Positions 13,410-27,067 of a stretch of DNA of 64,000 nt are shown piece after piece. This stretch comes from Paramecium tetraurelia (Eukaryota). Under the pieces are notes generated by a model. The model was given only the letters and a program-made list of their open reading frames with translations, made no database searches and was not told where the DNA came from. The stretch's first letter is position 1. Each line of letters begins with the position of its first letter. Location: contig CT868661.1 in the NCBI GenBank assembly GCA_000165425.1, forward strand, positions 62,001 through 126,000, in the 5' to 3' direction. Both the position numbers and the translations under genes were made by a program.

Positions 13410-14166
13410 ATGTAAAGTGATTATTATGAGAGTGATAATATCGAAGTTCTTCCTGAGGAGTATAATGAGAAGATGACACCCAAGGAAAAGGTCACTCTTA
13501 AAGAACAAATTGAATTTCTTCAGCAATAAACAGCTCTTCTCAAATAATCTATGGAATTAGAATAAGAATTATAAGTCGATAATCCTATTGCCTATTTGAA
13601 TGCCATTGAAAATAATTTGGAATCCCTTAAAGTCACGAATTTATAGCAGAGGATACAATGCTTGGCAATATTAGGATCTGGAGCAGAAAAGTGTGTTACA
13701 TTAAAATGTGTTTTGCCACAATCTGATAATTTGAAACGCTTCCAAATGTTGGAGAAATAAGTTCATTTACTGGAAACCATAGTTGGACAGAAGCCCTATC
13801 AAAACAATTCAACTATAATGCAAGACTTAAATGAAGTGTAGTCAATTCTCAACTCAATCTAAGCAGAAAACAAAGATATCAAATTAGGATTCACATAGAC
13901 TCTACCATAAATAGATAAAATCAATGAAATCTTTAGGTTAGTCTAATTGTTGGTTGGTATTGCTGATTTGCTTCCAAACATCATTACCAGACTGGAATAA
14001 TTAAAAAATGCTCATGATCAAAGCATCTAATATTAAAATTAACTAAAAGTACACAATATCATTAATATTATAGGAATTATAAATCAAACACACTAAAGTT
14101 TTGGATTTGATAACAAGCAACAGAGCAAGAATCAAAGCACTTTGCACTAAACTTGCTTAAAAATGA
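13410..14166 (+). CDS. Dynamitin (dynactin p50)-like coiled-coil protein
   Basis: LEKQVHLLETIVG and KINEIFRLVQLLVGIADLLPNIITRLEQLKNAHDQS resemble conserved dynamitin C-terminal motifs; one tiny intron near 14049-14072. Confidence 0.55.
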
Positions 14167-14753
14167 AATCTATATAAATTTGTTATTAGAAATATAATCA
14201 TTATGATTGTTAAGTGAAATTATGTATCAAGAAGATTCTTATTATAAATAATTTTGTAAATTTCTAAACAATTATGATAATGATCTATAATAATTATGCA
14301 TTATTACTAAATTTATAATAATTTATGAGTTTAATTTATTTTAGATTGTTTTGTGTATATTTAATTGTGAATTAGTTCTACTAAGATAAATATTAATGAT
14401 ATCATTAACTAAATGATTTAAATTCAATTAAGTGTATTTATTTTTAAAGAATTCAGATGTGAAATTAATTCAATTTAATTATGAATATTGAAATCCAAAC
14501 ACATTCATAATGAAGTTCATTTGATATAGTCGATGGATCTGCTGAAAGTGAAAAGTACATGGCAATTGACTCATATTTGTGCTGAAATCTAAGTAATTAA
14601 CACTATATAACGTTATGCTATTAATACTACTATGAATTATGAATTATTGCCTCATAGTGTAGTTTAATATTTAAAAAAAGTAGAGCCTAATATGAAATTG
14701 TAAAATAGATTATTATTGTTGATAATACATTATGATTTTTATTTATTATTATA

Positions 14754-16060
14754 ATGGAAATCTGTGCAATGCATCAAGGGGATATAAAATATATAATATT
14801 GGATAAAAATTCAGTTAAATTGGCATGCACTGAATGCAAGGATGATGGAATCACAGAAGGCTGTGAACCTGATTAATGCATTCTGATATCGAAAGTATAT
14901 TCAAATAGTATGATTGCAGGTTCTCAAATTACCTGAGGTTTTATTAAGTAAGATTAATATTGATTCTGAATTGAAATCATTTTTCTCTAACATCCTCAAA
15001 GAATCAAAAGAAGAACTAAGTAACTTTAAAAACTACTGGTTAAAGTAATTATAAGAAATAAAGACTGCTTTAGAAAACTTGATATGTGAAACGGATAATT
15101 ACATTGATACATTAACTAAGATGCTTAGCGGTTATAGAATAGAATTAAAAAGAGTTAATATTTCTATTAAAATTAGATTATCAAATTCGAGATTTTCGAA
15201 TAATATATTAAGGCCAATGTAAACAATTACAATATCGATAAGATGGGATCTGCAATCATCTACAAAAATCGGAATGAAATAAACTCTTAATTAGAACTTA
15301 AAATTTAAGACTATATAAATTAGATAACTCAGGTGAACAAGGATGAAATCTAAAAGAAAATGGAAGATCTAGTTTTGGATTATAAGAATAAAGTAATCAA
15401 GTAATTCCTTAATCCTAATATTTAAGTACTAAGGTACCATCATCAATAGAAATATTAAATTCATTTAAGTCTGGATTAGAAGAATTCTAGGTGGCTGTTA
15501 CTGAGAAGTCACGCCTAGTGAATCCACTCTTGAGTGTAGTGTCCTCCTTATTGTCACCTTCGAATTTCTAGGATATTCTTTATAAGATCCCCTAAAAATA
15601 GAGTGCAAAGTGTACACTGATTTACTAAGGATCGAAAGATGGATTTGAGACTATCAAATTTTGGAATAAAATCTAAAACAAATCCAATCTACTCATGATA
15701 ATGAAATTAAAGAACAATGTGTGTATTTTTGGAGGATATTCACCTTGTCAATGGTTGAAGTCATCTTAACCTTAATTTATTGCAGATAATCAAGGCCATT
15801 CATTTTTGTTTATACAAAATAAAAGTGTTCAGATGCAATACTATCCAATCAAAAGTGATTTTAAACATCAAGCAATTTCTGTGAATTAAAACTATGGACC
15901 ATTGTTTGGTAAGAATGATCTGCAGATATTCTCTGACTTCAAAGAAGGATACATCAATATAGGGTAACATTACTTCAGAGATCCAAAAGATAATTAATAA
16001 AGCCTCCTTTTGGGACCTAAATTAACAGAGATTACGGAATGTGAAGTCTATGAATTATGA
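14754..16060 (+). CDS. B-box-like N-terminus, coiled coil and C-terminal TLDc domain
   Basis: N-term CAMH..LACTEC; TLDc motifs LIYQGSKDGF..FW, IFGGYSPCQW, SFLF, YGPLFGKNDLQI, ITECEVYEL. Confidence 0.88.
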
Positions 16061-16119
16061 ACCATTTAAAAAATGAGCAATTATGTAAATCTTATTATTA
16101 TAATTATGATATAACTCCT

Positions 16120-17457
16120 TCAAACAAGCAAATCATAGAGTTCCTTTGAATCATTCACTAATTTAAATTACAAGTGCATCTTCCTCATATTCTCCATTAC
16201 TTGTTTGATACTGTCCTTCTTAGCAACTTCAATGGCAACTAAACATGGACCTCTTTCTCTATTAGCCTTCTTTTGGAATTAGATGTGAGTGATATCATCA
16301 TCAGGACCGAGACAACTATGAAATACTGGGGATCAAATACAAACTAACAAAGTTCTTGAGAATGCCAGATTTAAAGGGCATTTCAATCAAGAAGAAATAC
16401 TTCAAGCCTTCATGCAATTGCGAATGCTCTTTGAATTCATCAAATCTTGACAAATCCACAGTGCCTCCACTGAGAATGCAAACAACATTTTTGCCTTTGA
16501 TTTCATGAGCAAATTGATCAAGAACAGATACAGAGAGTGCCTAATGCAATTAATGATTTTATTACACCAGCAGGTTCAACTGCAATTCCTTAATTATACA
16601 ATTGCAAGATAGTAGTACTGACTCTACCTTCCTCAACCTTCACCAATTAATCAAGCTTCTCCATACAAATGTCTAGACATAATTTAGGTACTGATGGAAC
16701 AGCAGACCCCTCACAAAATCTAGAGAAGTGTTCTTATTTCACAACTTATTTTGCTTAGAATGCTTGAATCATGGAATCAGCTCCATCTGGTTAGACTCCA
16801 ATTACTTTGGTATTTGGACTCATGGCTTTGATATATGTAGCAATTCCTGCAGCAAGTGCTCCTTATCCAACAGGCAAAAATATGTAATCTACATCTCCTG
16901 GCATCTCATCAAGAATTTCAATTCCCTTATGTTGATTAACTATCTTACAATTGTACCACAACCATGTATGGCTTTGATGTTGTCACTTGGATGGATAAGT
17001 ACTTTATCATTTTCCTTGATGTATTTTTTTGCTGCCTCTTCACATTCATCGAAGTTTTCTCCAGCTGTTTTGACTTCCACGTATTGCTTGCCATTTTTTT
17101 GTATCAAATCTATTTTCCATCCATAACAGACTTCAGGGACAAAAATCGTACCTACACATAATGACGTACTATCATACCTTTAATCTTGAAGTGATTACAG
17201 AAGAAGGCAAATGCTTAAGCAAAGTTACCATCACTTACTGTTACTACTCCTTTTTCTTTTTACTCTTTTGTAAGAGATTGTAGTGATGTAAAGGCACTTC
17301 TCATCTTGAATACTCTTGTCAATTATTGATCCTCTCTTTTTAAGTAGACAGTTGAGTGATATTGCTCTGACAATTTTAGTGACTTTTAGAGCTTAGTCTA
17401 AAAGGAAATGCCACTTTCTCTCATTTATTTATGTGCTTAAGTGATGGAGGGAATCAT
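16120..17457 (-). CDS. ilvA: PLP-dependent threonine dehydratase (short IlvA type with one C-terminal regulatory domain), divergent motifs
   Basis: VYLKREDQQLTRVFKMRSA (PLP Lys), GCGTIGIEI, PVGQGALAAGI, VEPAGALSV, VCILSGGTVD, EGLKYFFLIEMP..LGPDDDITHIQFQKKANRERGPCLVAIE; four tiny introns. Confidence 0.85.
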
Positions 17458-17510
17458 ATAAAATTATTTATTTATAGTACAGATATATTTAAAAATAATA
17501 TTAATTTAAT

Positions 17511-20372
17511 ATGTCCAATATATTATAGAGGATGGTCACTAAAGAGGCCAAGAGGAGACAAGTGGAGAGTCGCTTATTAAATAAATCATAACAAACATTC
17601 AGACAACTCATTCCAGATTTGAAATCTCCTAATAAACCACCTCAAGTCTCAACTGCACTTGAGTAGTTTAAGAGTAAATTTACAGAAGGTAAGTACGTTT
17701 TTTAAATTGAATAACAACGAAAGAACCAACTAGATGAAGTATTCTAGAGAGTGCAATTACCAATTAAAAGAGACTTCTTGGATGTATTATTGCAATAATT
17801 TGAAACTGAATTATGGAGAGTTTGTAATGAATAGAATCTCCAGTACTTAAGTGATCGATATTTGAGTTATCAATTATCAAATAACAAGTTTCTTAAACAT
17901 CTCGTCTAATATGTGGATGAGTAGAGAGAGAAGGCTGAACTCGCCTTGGGATAGTTGGCAGGCAAAGAAGCAACGATTAATGAGTTGTAAAATAAATATG
18001 CACAACTATAGACGATGTTTCAACAATTGTCTCACAACAAAGACGATGGATAGACTAAGCTGAATAAAAATGAAAGTGTCAAAAGATAGAAAGAATTGTA
18101 TATGGAGAATGTGAGATTGAAGAATGAAATTGAAAGAATTCAAGATAAATTAAAACAAATCGAAAATCAAACTAATATTCAGAAATTACAAGAATAATAC
18201 TAAGAATTAGCAAGAAAATCAAGTGAGAAAATACATGAACTCTTGAATGAAAATCAAATTAAAGAAAAATAACTATAAAAACTCAATCTACACTATTAGA
18301 ACATCAAATCTCAATATAGTAAATTAGAAAATGAATCCAAAGCCTATTAAACGGTATTTGAAGCCAATAAGTAACATCTCGATCGATTGATTAAGGAGAA
18401 TGAAATTCATACAAACTTAATGAATAGATACAGGGAAATTGCTTGTATGCAGAGAGAAGACTTTGAAGTGAGAATCATGTATTACAAGGAAGAATTAAGT
18501 GTAGCATCTAAAGCTAAAGATAAGTTGATATAATTGTAATCAAAATTAGATCGATTTCAAATAGAGAAATCTAAAGACATAGAACCATTACCCAATAATA
18601 ATTTTGAGAAAGAAAAGACAGGCTTGGAGAAATTTAATGATTTATTTAGTAATGATAAGACTTATTAGCGTCTGACTTATCAGGCTCTGCAAGAGGAAAA
18701 AGGGAGAATTGTATCTAGAGTGGGACATTCAATAGTAACTATGGAATAGCACTTTAATGCATAGGAAATACAGTTGGAGAAATTCACAATTGGATATTGT
18801 CCATTTGTCAATTTGGTTGAGCATCACAAGAAGACACTCGAACAAGAGTTTAGTGGATTGCAATATAAACGACCAAATCTATAATTGTTAGTTACATTAA
18901 GAGTTATTCTTGATAGTAAATGGAATGAAATGTAGATGAAACCAGAGAAATTGTGGACTCATTTAGCAGAATTCACATATTCTCATTTAATGAATTTTAA
19001 AGTCGACATGTAAACCAAATCTATCAAAAAGATTGATCAAGATGTTCATCGTATAGATGATCAGATTATTAAATTTATAGTGGATTTCAGTAATCCTGTA
19101 TTTGAGAAGAATTGGGAATGCATAACATTCTAAGAATTCTTAAATGATTTTACTAGTTAAGATGAGATCTATTTCTATTTGTATGCTCGAAACCTCTTAT
19201 TCCGTGGACCTGAATGTTTTCATGCCACAGCATACTATGAACCGCATCATTACATTCCATTGTTGTAGGCTGAGTTTGTAGCCACTCATATACTCTCACA
19301 ATATGAAACTGCCACACTCTAATAAGTCAAGAAGGTCTTGAGAGAAAAAGCAGTCAATAAGACCATCACTAAGAATCTTTTCATTGTAGATGCTTCTTTT
19401 GTTTTGAGAATATTGCTTGAATTCTACAGAGTAGAACGTAGAAATAGATACAAGATGTTTAAAATAGCATTCGGGAGCAGAGCCACAAATATCAGTTTCA
19501 AACTATTCAGAGTTGTATTAATTAGCAATTATCCTTACATTACAGACCTTGAATTAGCAACTCTATATAGAGAGGCTTATTCATTCACTGGTACTGGAGT
19601 ATCGATTGATTCCTTTTACACTATCGCTTCTGAAACTGGGTTTTTTGTTAAGCATCTCAAATTATAAAATCTTACTACTCAACCTAAGATTGTTAATAAG
19701 GAATTCGTATTTGAACCTGATACTCAACCCTTCCTGATCGTCAATGAAGCATACAAGAGAGTATGTTATGTGTATAATTTAGTTTTAAACTTTTTAGAAC
19801 AAATTTGAATCAATTCTAATTGATTTTGGTTTGGAAGAGTTGTTTGCTTAATTTAGAGAATTGGATAATCTAATCTAATAGAAATTTGCTCCTCTTTAAT
19901 ACAATCAGAAAACATTATCCTAGATCATTGAACATTATATGAGTCTATTTAGAAATATCAATAATATCATTTGCAGCAGACTCTTCCTCTAAGATTAGTA
20001 AATACTATCTATATTTAAAGGGTTCAATAAGGGTAAGAGTTTCTAGTCAAACATGAGGAAAAGATGAAATTCAATAAAGACTAGAATAAAGAGGCCTAAT
20101 TTTATTCAGGTGATAATTTTAATAAACAATATTTAAGAAGAGAAGATTTCATTCCTGATATTGAGATATTGAAAGGACAGATGGATTGTCTGGAACATCT
20201 AGGCTCATATTTAGAATCATACGAATTAGTGAAAAAAAGAAGAGATTACAGAATGACAATTTAAGCTAAGAAAATACAGAAGTTTGTTAAGAAGAAAATG
20301 AATAAATTTTATAGTTTTGTAAGTTCTTTGTTGAGTGCCAAATTTAAAGCTTCTCTTAAATAAGGCAAATGA
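17511..20372 (+). CDS. Large coiled-coil protein, TSNAXIP1-like, with EF-hand-like region and C-terminal IQ-like motif
   Basis: Long heptad region; LVTLRVILDSKWNE..AEFTYSHL; SFKLFRVVLISNYPYITDLELATLYREAYSF..IDSF; IQAKKIQKFVKKK; ends TGA 20370-20372. Confidence 0.65.
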
Positions 20373-20659
20373 TTAATAATGAGACTTTATTATTGTATTA
20401 TAAATTAAATTAAGGATATATACAATAATAATTTATAATCATTCTTATATATATTGTATATATAGTAATTCTTCTAATACTTATTATCTAAAATTTATGA
20501 ATATATTAATTCATCTATTCAAAAGTTATAATTATATACACAAATCTAATCCCAAATGGAAGGAATAATCTCATTAATTGTTATGAACTCTAGGTTAAGC
20601 AGTCTAGATTTTGCAGATGAGTATTATTCTTTATAAAATCAATATTAATTATATATCAT

Positions 20660-20966
20660 TCACTAGGATAATTTAATGAACCTTTTCTCAATTACATCAA
20701 CTCTTTATTAGATCTTGACCATCTTGGCATTGACTTAATCCAATCTCTTCTTTGAATCTGCTATTCTTTCAAATTATTAGAGGTAGTATTGATCTTTGCC
20801 AAAATGAGTGTCTTGAATCAGCATTTACATTTCTAATTCATTATTTAACATTACCATCTTTGATCTATGTTAACAGGGCTTCCAATTAGGCCTATTGAGC
20901 TTGTAATTCGTCGCTTGAATTGAATTGTAATAGCTTTTCAAATATTTCCTGAACTTTGTTGTCCAT
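20660..20966 (-). CDS. Small coiled-coil protein, Snapin/Pallidin (BLOC-1/BORC)-like
   Basis: ~94 aa, one 22-nt intron; QYYLQQFERIADSKKRLDQVNAKMVKIQQRVDVIEKR resembles the Snapin/Pallidin C-terminal helix. Confidence 0.5.
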
Positions 20967-20995
20967 AATTATTAATATAATTTAACGAAAAATAA

Positions 20996-21739
20996 ATGAT
21001 GAAGAACCCAAAAGTAAAGGAATCTCTAACTTCTCGATTAGAATAGTAGGAATGCTGTAAGTTGCAAGGACACGAGAACAACTTGATTCAATTTATTTGT
21101 GCTTGTTATGAATGTCCATATCGTTATTAGAAGGCATGCGCACATTGTGTAATCAAACTGCATGGGAAACATGTGGAGGACATGAAGGAGATTGAGGAAT
21201 TCGATTAAATTATCAATGAGAACAGTAAGAAAGCAAAGAGTTTGATGAAGGAGAGTGAGGAACTCTTTTTGAAGTTGAAAAACCCGTTTGGGAATTTCTT
21301 TGAATAATTGAAACTACAAATAAATGATATGATCGATAGTATTCAATAACGATATCAGTTGTAAAATCAAGAGCGAGCACAGTAGTTAATAAGGAATGAA
21401 TTGGATTTTATTAATTAATTCAATTAGAATGTGAATTCTAAATAAAATCGCTATTTGAATGATCATACTTTAAAGTAGTATAGTAATTCAATAAAGACAG
21501 CGTAGGATAAATTGAGTAATGCACTTTCTCTATTTGAATTGAAATAGTTGTTGGAATCGAATTTGATATTATTACTAGAAGATTTTGGCAAGAACACAGG
21601 AGTCAGTTATATTGTGAACACAAGTCGAAATACGAGTTAGAGACATAGTAGTTGTCACAATATAATGACTCCCAGATCTGCATTGAATGTGTTTAATCAC
21701 AATATTAGTGCAGTCAGATCTAAAAAAATTAGAAATTGA
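20996..21739 (+). CDS. B-box-like zinc finger plus coiled-coil protein
   Basis: CKLQGHENNLIQFICACYECPYRYQKACAHCVIKLHGKH followed by coiled coil; intronless. Confidence 0.8.
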
Positions 21740-21746
21740 TTAATTT

Positions 21747-22531
21747 ATGAGTATATAATCTAAATAATATCTCTCTACATCAGCACCTCATGTGGATACA
21801 TCTCAATTATCAAATGTGTCACCAAAAAAGGAGTTTTATGATGCCACAAAACAATTGGAAGCTGTGAAAAGAAGAGTCAGTCTTCTTAGATTGGAGAATG
21901 AAATAAGGTATAATTAAGACATTTTAAGTAAGAGAGAAGAAATTGCAAATTCAACAATAAAAACAGGAACAAATGAATAAGATTAGGGAGGATCATGAAT
22001 AATTCAAGGAATACAAATAAGCTCATAAGGAGTAAGTGAACATGCAATTACAGAATCTAGTGCATAAAACGAGGAGTATGAAAATGCAACAGTCTCAAGA
22101 TAAAAAACTAATTCAATATAACTTTCGATAGATGAAGTAACAAGAAGTTAAGAATATTAAAGAGCAATCTCAAAGAAATGAGTACATTATTCGATAGAAC
22201 TTGGATTCAATAAAATAATAAAAAGCAGAATAAAAATAACAAGTTCAGAGTTCTGTATAAATTGCTCAATAAACTATTCAAAACTTTCGCAAATAAAAGT
22301 ACCTTCGTTTCATTCAGGAACATCAAATCTCCAAATCTCAGCATTCTTTGGAAGCAGATTTAAAATTGCAGTAGATCGAAGAACTCAAGAAACAAGAAGC
22401 TTATCTTTTGATCAGACTTGATGAAACCAATAATGTATTTTAGAATTATATCGTAGCAAGTTAACAAACTCAATCAAAGCACTCTAATCAAGCAATCTCA
22501 AACGACACCTAAGACTCCATCCTATTTTTGA
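21747..22531 (+). CDS. Hypothetical coiled-coil protein
   Basis: QLEAVKRRVSLLRLENE.., Q/K/E-rich; two tiny introns; TGA 22529-22531. Confidence 0.7.
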
Positions 22532-22591
22532 GATATTATTATTATATTTTTACAAAACATCCATATTATACTAATAAATTATAATTAAATA

Positions 22592-23949
22592 ATGAGTGAG
22601 GATGATTAAGTAATACTTTTTATTCAATAATACCTTAGCATTTTCTAGAGGATGATAATAGTGAAGATGATAAATTCGAGGAAAATCTTGAAAAACAATA
22701 TGCTGTAATTCAGTTACATAATTGTAGTTATATCCTAAAGTGAGTAACAAGAGACCTGAATCTAAGCATGGCAGGCCGGAAAGTTCCAAATTTTCGTATA
22801 AAAAATAAGAATAGCATACAGTAGAATAATAACCCAAACCTTTGGAAGCCATACCCACTTCTCCTGCTCTCAAGAAGTTTAACTAATTAGTATCGTTTCA
22901 CAAAATACTAATTGAATAATTCTGGAAGAATCATACAATCATGGCTTCTCAAACTGAATTCATAGGTTTTCTGTTAGAATCAGGTTACATATCATCAATA
23001 TATAAGGATTTCAATTTGAGCAACATGAAATCAATCAAATTCTTAGTGATCTATCTAATGATCGTGGAGTAATCACTATTGAAAGTCTATGTAAGAAAGT
23101 ACCTGCATGGCATTAAAACGAGAGTATTTCTACAACCTCATTATTCATTATAGATGCAATGTTAGAATTTATAAGGGAAAAAGCACTCAAATTGGCATAG
23201 GAATCTAAGAGAAAGTTTTCAGCCCAAAAGAAACCAAAACCATAGTCAGCCAGCACTAAGCGCAGTGGTTTCAATAAGGGAGATTCCAGACCTGTCAGTG
23301 GCATCTCTAAAAAGTATCAATCAGGTTTCAGTGATCTGAAAATGTAAATTTACACTTGACATATAGATCTAACATTAATGATAAACCCTTATAAAATAGA
23401 TCCAAGCATTATTTACAATTGGCTAAGCAAAAATAATAAGAAGAAGATCGACTACTCTAATTAACAATTAACTAAGGCAAGAATGAATACGAATATGAAA
23501 TGCTCATTAAAATGGGAGAAGCAAATGAATTATCATAAGAATTAGAAAGCAAGATTACTTATAGAGCCTATAAGACTGCATAAGGACACTTGAAGGTTCA
23601 TGTTTATGAATTGGAACACTTTTAAAGAGATCTAACCTTGGAGGAGTTTTAAAGAGAGTACAACATACTAAGGAGCAAATACAATGAGAAAAAAAAATTG
23701 AAGATTTGGGAAGTACTAAATGAGAAGAAAAAGAATTAAAAAAGTCTATAACACTTTGGATCTTCTCAAAAAGAGGATGTCAAATAAAATGAAGTTGATG
23801 CCAAAGCTGTAAATAAAAAAGAAAGATAACAAGAATTAAAGAAGGTGCTTTTGGAAACTATGATGCTTTCAAATGTATTGAAGGAACAATTAGTGGTCTT
23901 GAATAGGAAGGGTATCAATGCAATTCATAACCAAAGTGTAAAATTATGA
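22592..23949 (+). CDS. Hypothetical protein (acidic N-terminus, C-terminal coiled coil)
   Basis: MSEDDQ..., RPESKHGRPESSK, RPVSG motifs, C-term KKVLLETMMLSNVLKEQLVVLNRKG; several tiny introns. Confidence 0.7.
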
Positions 23950-24067
23950 TATAATATATATGATTTGATACTCTGTTTTGATTAATCCTCAAGTGTCAAG
24001 TGTTAAGTATCAATTGTCTCATTAAAATAATTATAATTTAATCAAAACAGTTTGGATAATAATATTA

Positions 24068-25021
24068 ATGTCTTCTAAAAGAGAAGTTATTGCTAAGCAT
24101 AGAGTTGAGAGTGCTTCCAGATCCTAGAAAAGAAAATTAGAATAGGCTATGCTTCAAGTCAATAGTCATCAACCTATTACCAAAGCACAACAAGCTTTGC
24201 CCTCGGAGGATGTTGAATTATATAACAATGTGAATGTGTAACATGTCATCAATGGAACAGATTTTGCTTGGAATCATCTCGAGAGTATGCCAAAGAAACA
24301 AATTGATATAGTCTTTCTCCCATAGACGATTGCTGGAATGCAGAACGTCTATTGTGTTGTTAAAAAAAAATATAATGCAGAAATGGCTAGGAGAGAATAA
24401 ATGGAGGCTGAAAGGATTTAAAAGAACTAAGAGAAACATCACTAATTCGAATAGAGGAAACTCAAAAATGGATTAATCTATGCCAAATTAGGTTTGAAGA
24501 AAACTTATCAATCTGCTCCTGCCACTCAATTCACAGAAGAACCTCTGTTTCAAAGATTGAGCAAGCCTAAGCAATCCTTCATTTAGCAATCTACTTATGA
24601 TCTACCAGATTTTAGAGGATTGCCAATCAAGAATCTCACTTATGTTGACAAATATAAAAATCCAATTCTGATTAATCATTTCATGAGTTCCAATCTATTA
24701 CCCAAATCTGTGAATAAGGACAAAATCAGAACCAAATTTGAAACATCTGATTAAAAACTAGAGAAATTTCAAAATACAATTCAAGTAGATGAAATGAATC
24801 TGGATAATGATTTTAAAGACAATGCAATGCTAGAAATCGATCAATTTGAAAAGATGCTATCTACAATGCCCTAGACTATGTATTCATAAGTTAAAGATAG
24901 AGAGAATCAATTGCTCTAATCAGTTGAAGGCTTTAGATCAATTAGGAAGATTAAAAGAGATCCAAATTATCGGCACATTATTGGAAATCAAATTAGAGAT
25001 TAAATTTTATAAAAATAATGA
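24068..25021 (+). CDS. Hypothetical protein
   Basis: Open frame MSSKREVIAKHRVESASRSQKRKLEQ... to TGA 25019-25021. Confidence 0.7.
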
Positions 25022-25036
25022 TTTTAATTAGCAGTA

Positions 25037-26050
25037 TCATATATGAACCTTTTTTGACACAGTATCATCGAATTACCATTCTTCTTATTTGACTATTGTA
25101 TCAAATTCATCCTCAAATTGCTTCTACACATTCGACACACTAAATTCCTTATGATACTTATTAAATCATTATAAGATAAATCTATCTTACCTTCTCCAAA
25201 CCTAATATAACCTTAGCTACTTGAGTAGGAGTAAGGATGTTTCTCAACTCATCAATGAAATTTCCAAAAGTATAAGTCTTTTAACACAAATTTTCTTTGA
25301 AAGTTTATAATTGTATAATGATACTGTTGTAAAAACTAATTTTACTCTTCTATTTTCTCCTTGTCATAATATATTCCTTAATTAGATTCTTTAAGGATTT
25401 CATTTAATAGTCTGATATATCAACTTCTCAATTTAAATCAGTAAACCAGTTCGGTTAATTAGATTTGACCTTGTGGTCCATAGTAAATACTTAACATGAA
25501 TAGGAAAGATTTCAATTACTTATTATAAAATATAATTTGAATCATTCGTCCTTTCTTTATCTCCTCCCCTTTCAAACTTAAATCTTATTGCATCAAGTAA
25601 TAGATTAATAACATTATTATCAGAATTGTCTTAAAATAGCTGATTCCAACTTGTCATTCAATTGTTATCTACCTACTTAACAGGTTTATTACTAAGGATG
25701 ATTTTAAATACATACTGATGAAGTAGATCCAACTAATTACATGTAGTTAATATGATCTTTAATAATCTAATTATACTTTCTAATTCATCCTTCAGTTTAT
25801 TTATTCTGTTTTTCGAGTGATTCCAAATAAATCTTCTTTCTCTTTTTAAATTTTTTGTACTTACCTCTTAAGTTTAGGAGCTGTGGTTGGTACAGATTCT
25901 TAAATAAGGGATGAAATTTTTTTATTTGAGTTTTATTTATTTGTAGATTGTTTCTTCTGATTTTTTTCTTTCTTTATTGCTTCCTTCTATTAGGTATTTT
26001 ATCAGAGATATTCAACTATAATAGATATTAAGAATTAGTCTTTTATAGAA
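25037..26050 (-). pseudogene. Decayed bZIP transcription-factor gene
   Basis: KRKKIYLESLE.. basic/zipper remnant and FIDELRNILTPTQVAKVILGLEK; frameshift at T-run 25809-25813, further indels, in-frame TGA at 25428-25430; 5' boundary approximate. Confidence 0.7.
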
Positions 26051-27067
26051 ACCCACCCTGTTTTGGTTTTTCTGTTAACATATCACAAAAATGAACTACT
26101 ACAATTTGGGTAAATAGCTATCAAAAAAGATACGTTAAAGTCTTTTTGGTCAACTTTTCATTCACTAATTCCTTACATTAATATGACTTGTTGAAAATTA
26201 AACTGAATAAAATATTAGTAAATTTGAGAATAATGATTTTATTTTAGGTTTCAATTTAGATGATAAATTTCGTAAAAATATAAAATTAGTAAATTATCTT
26301 ATAAATAAATTAATGAAAAACAATATAACTCAGATTGTTTAATAGGAAACATAAAAAACTTCTCTATTAAATATCTTTGCTAATAGAGATTATATTCATG
26401 GACTGTTCTTAGTTTGACTGTAGAACTTATAAATAAATCTTTAGTGTAAATTTAATCTCAGATAATCTAACATTTCTAAAGCAAAATATTTGAGGAGCTT
26501 GCCTGATTTGCTATTATATTATGAATCTCTAAAGAAATTATTTAAAAACAGTTTATGATAACTGGAATTATTATAATTTATATAATAGAACGAACAACAA
26601 AGATTCTTACCCTTCAAGCAAATTATGATTTAATACTAAAAGTAACTAATATATTCTTTTGAATAAAGCTGATAAATCAAAGGGTATTTATTAATCTTAT
26701 ACTTATTGAAAGGATTAAAATTTTGTGTAACATTCAAAAGAAGTAGCTGATCTATTTTATTCAGTATTTTGGTGTTAATTTTAGGTTCAACATATGTAGA
26801 TTATATGAAATTTACATCATTTTAATAATAATGAATTAAACCAATCTATAAAGAATTAGAGTAGTACTATAGTACTAAAGCATAAAAATTCTCATTTATT
26901 TTTTCACATTTAATAATTTGTATTAATTACTTATTAGTTTCTATAAAATATAGAATGTAATTGGACTTGTGTTTCTCATTAAGTTAATATAATAGAAATA
27001 TCAAAAGCGATTTTAATAAAGAATTTTTTTGTTAATAATTAGATATCAAATATATGATGTTGCTTCT

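Noticed and set aside
14505..14590. Slightly GC-richer intergenic stretch with two CTGA motifs, possible C/D snoRNA
   Set aside because: No canonical RTGATGA box C or terminal stem, and no recognisable rRNA guide
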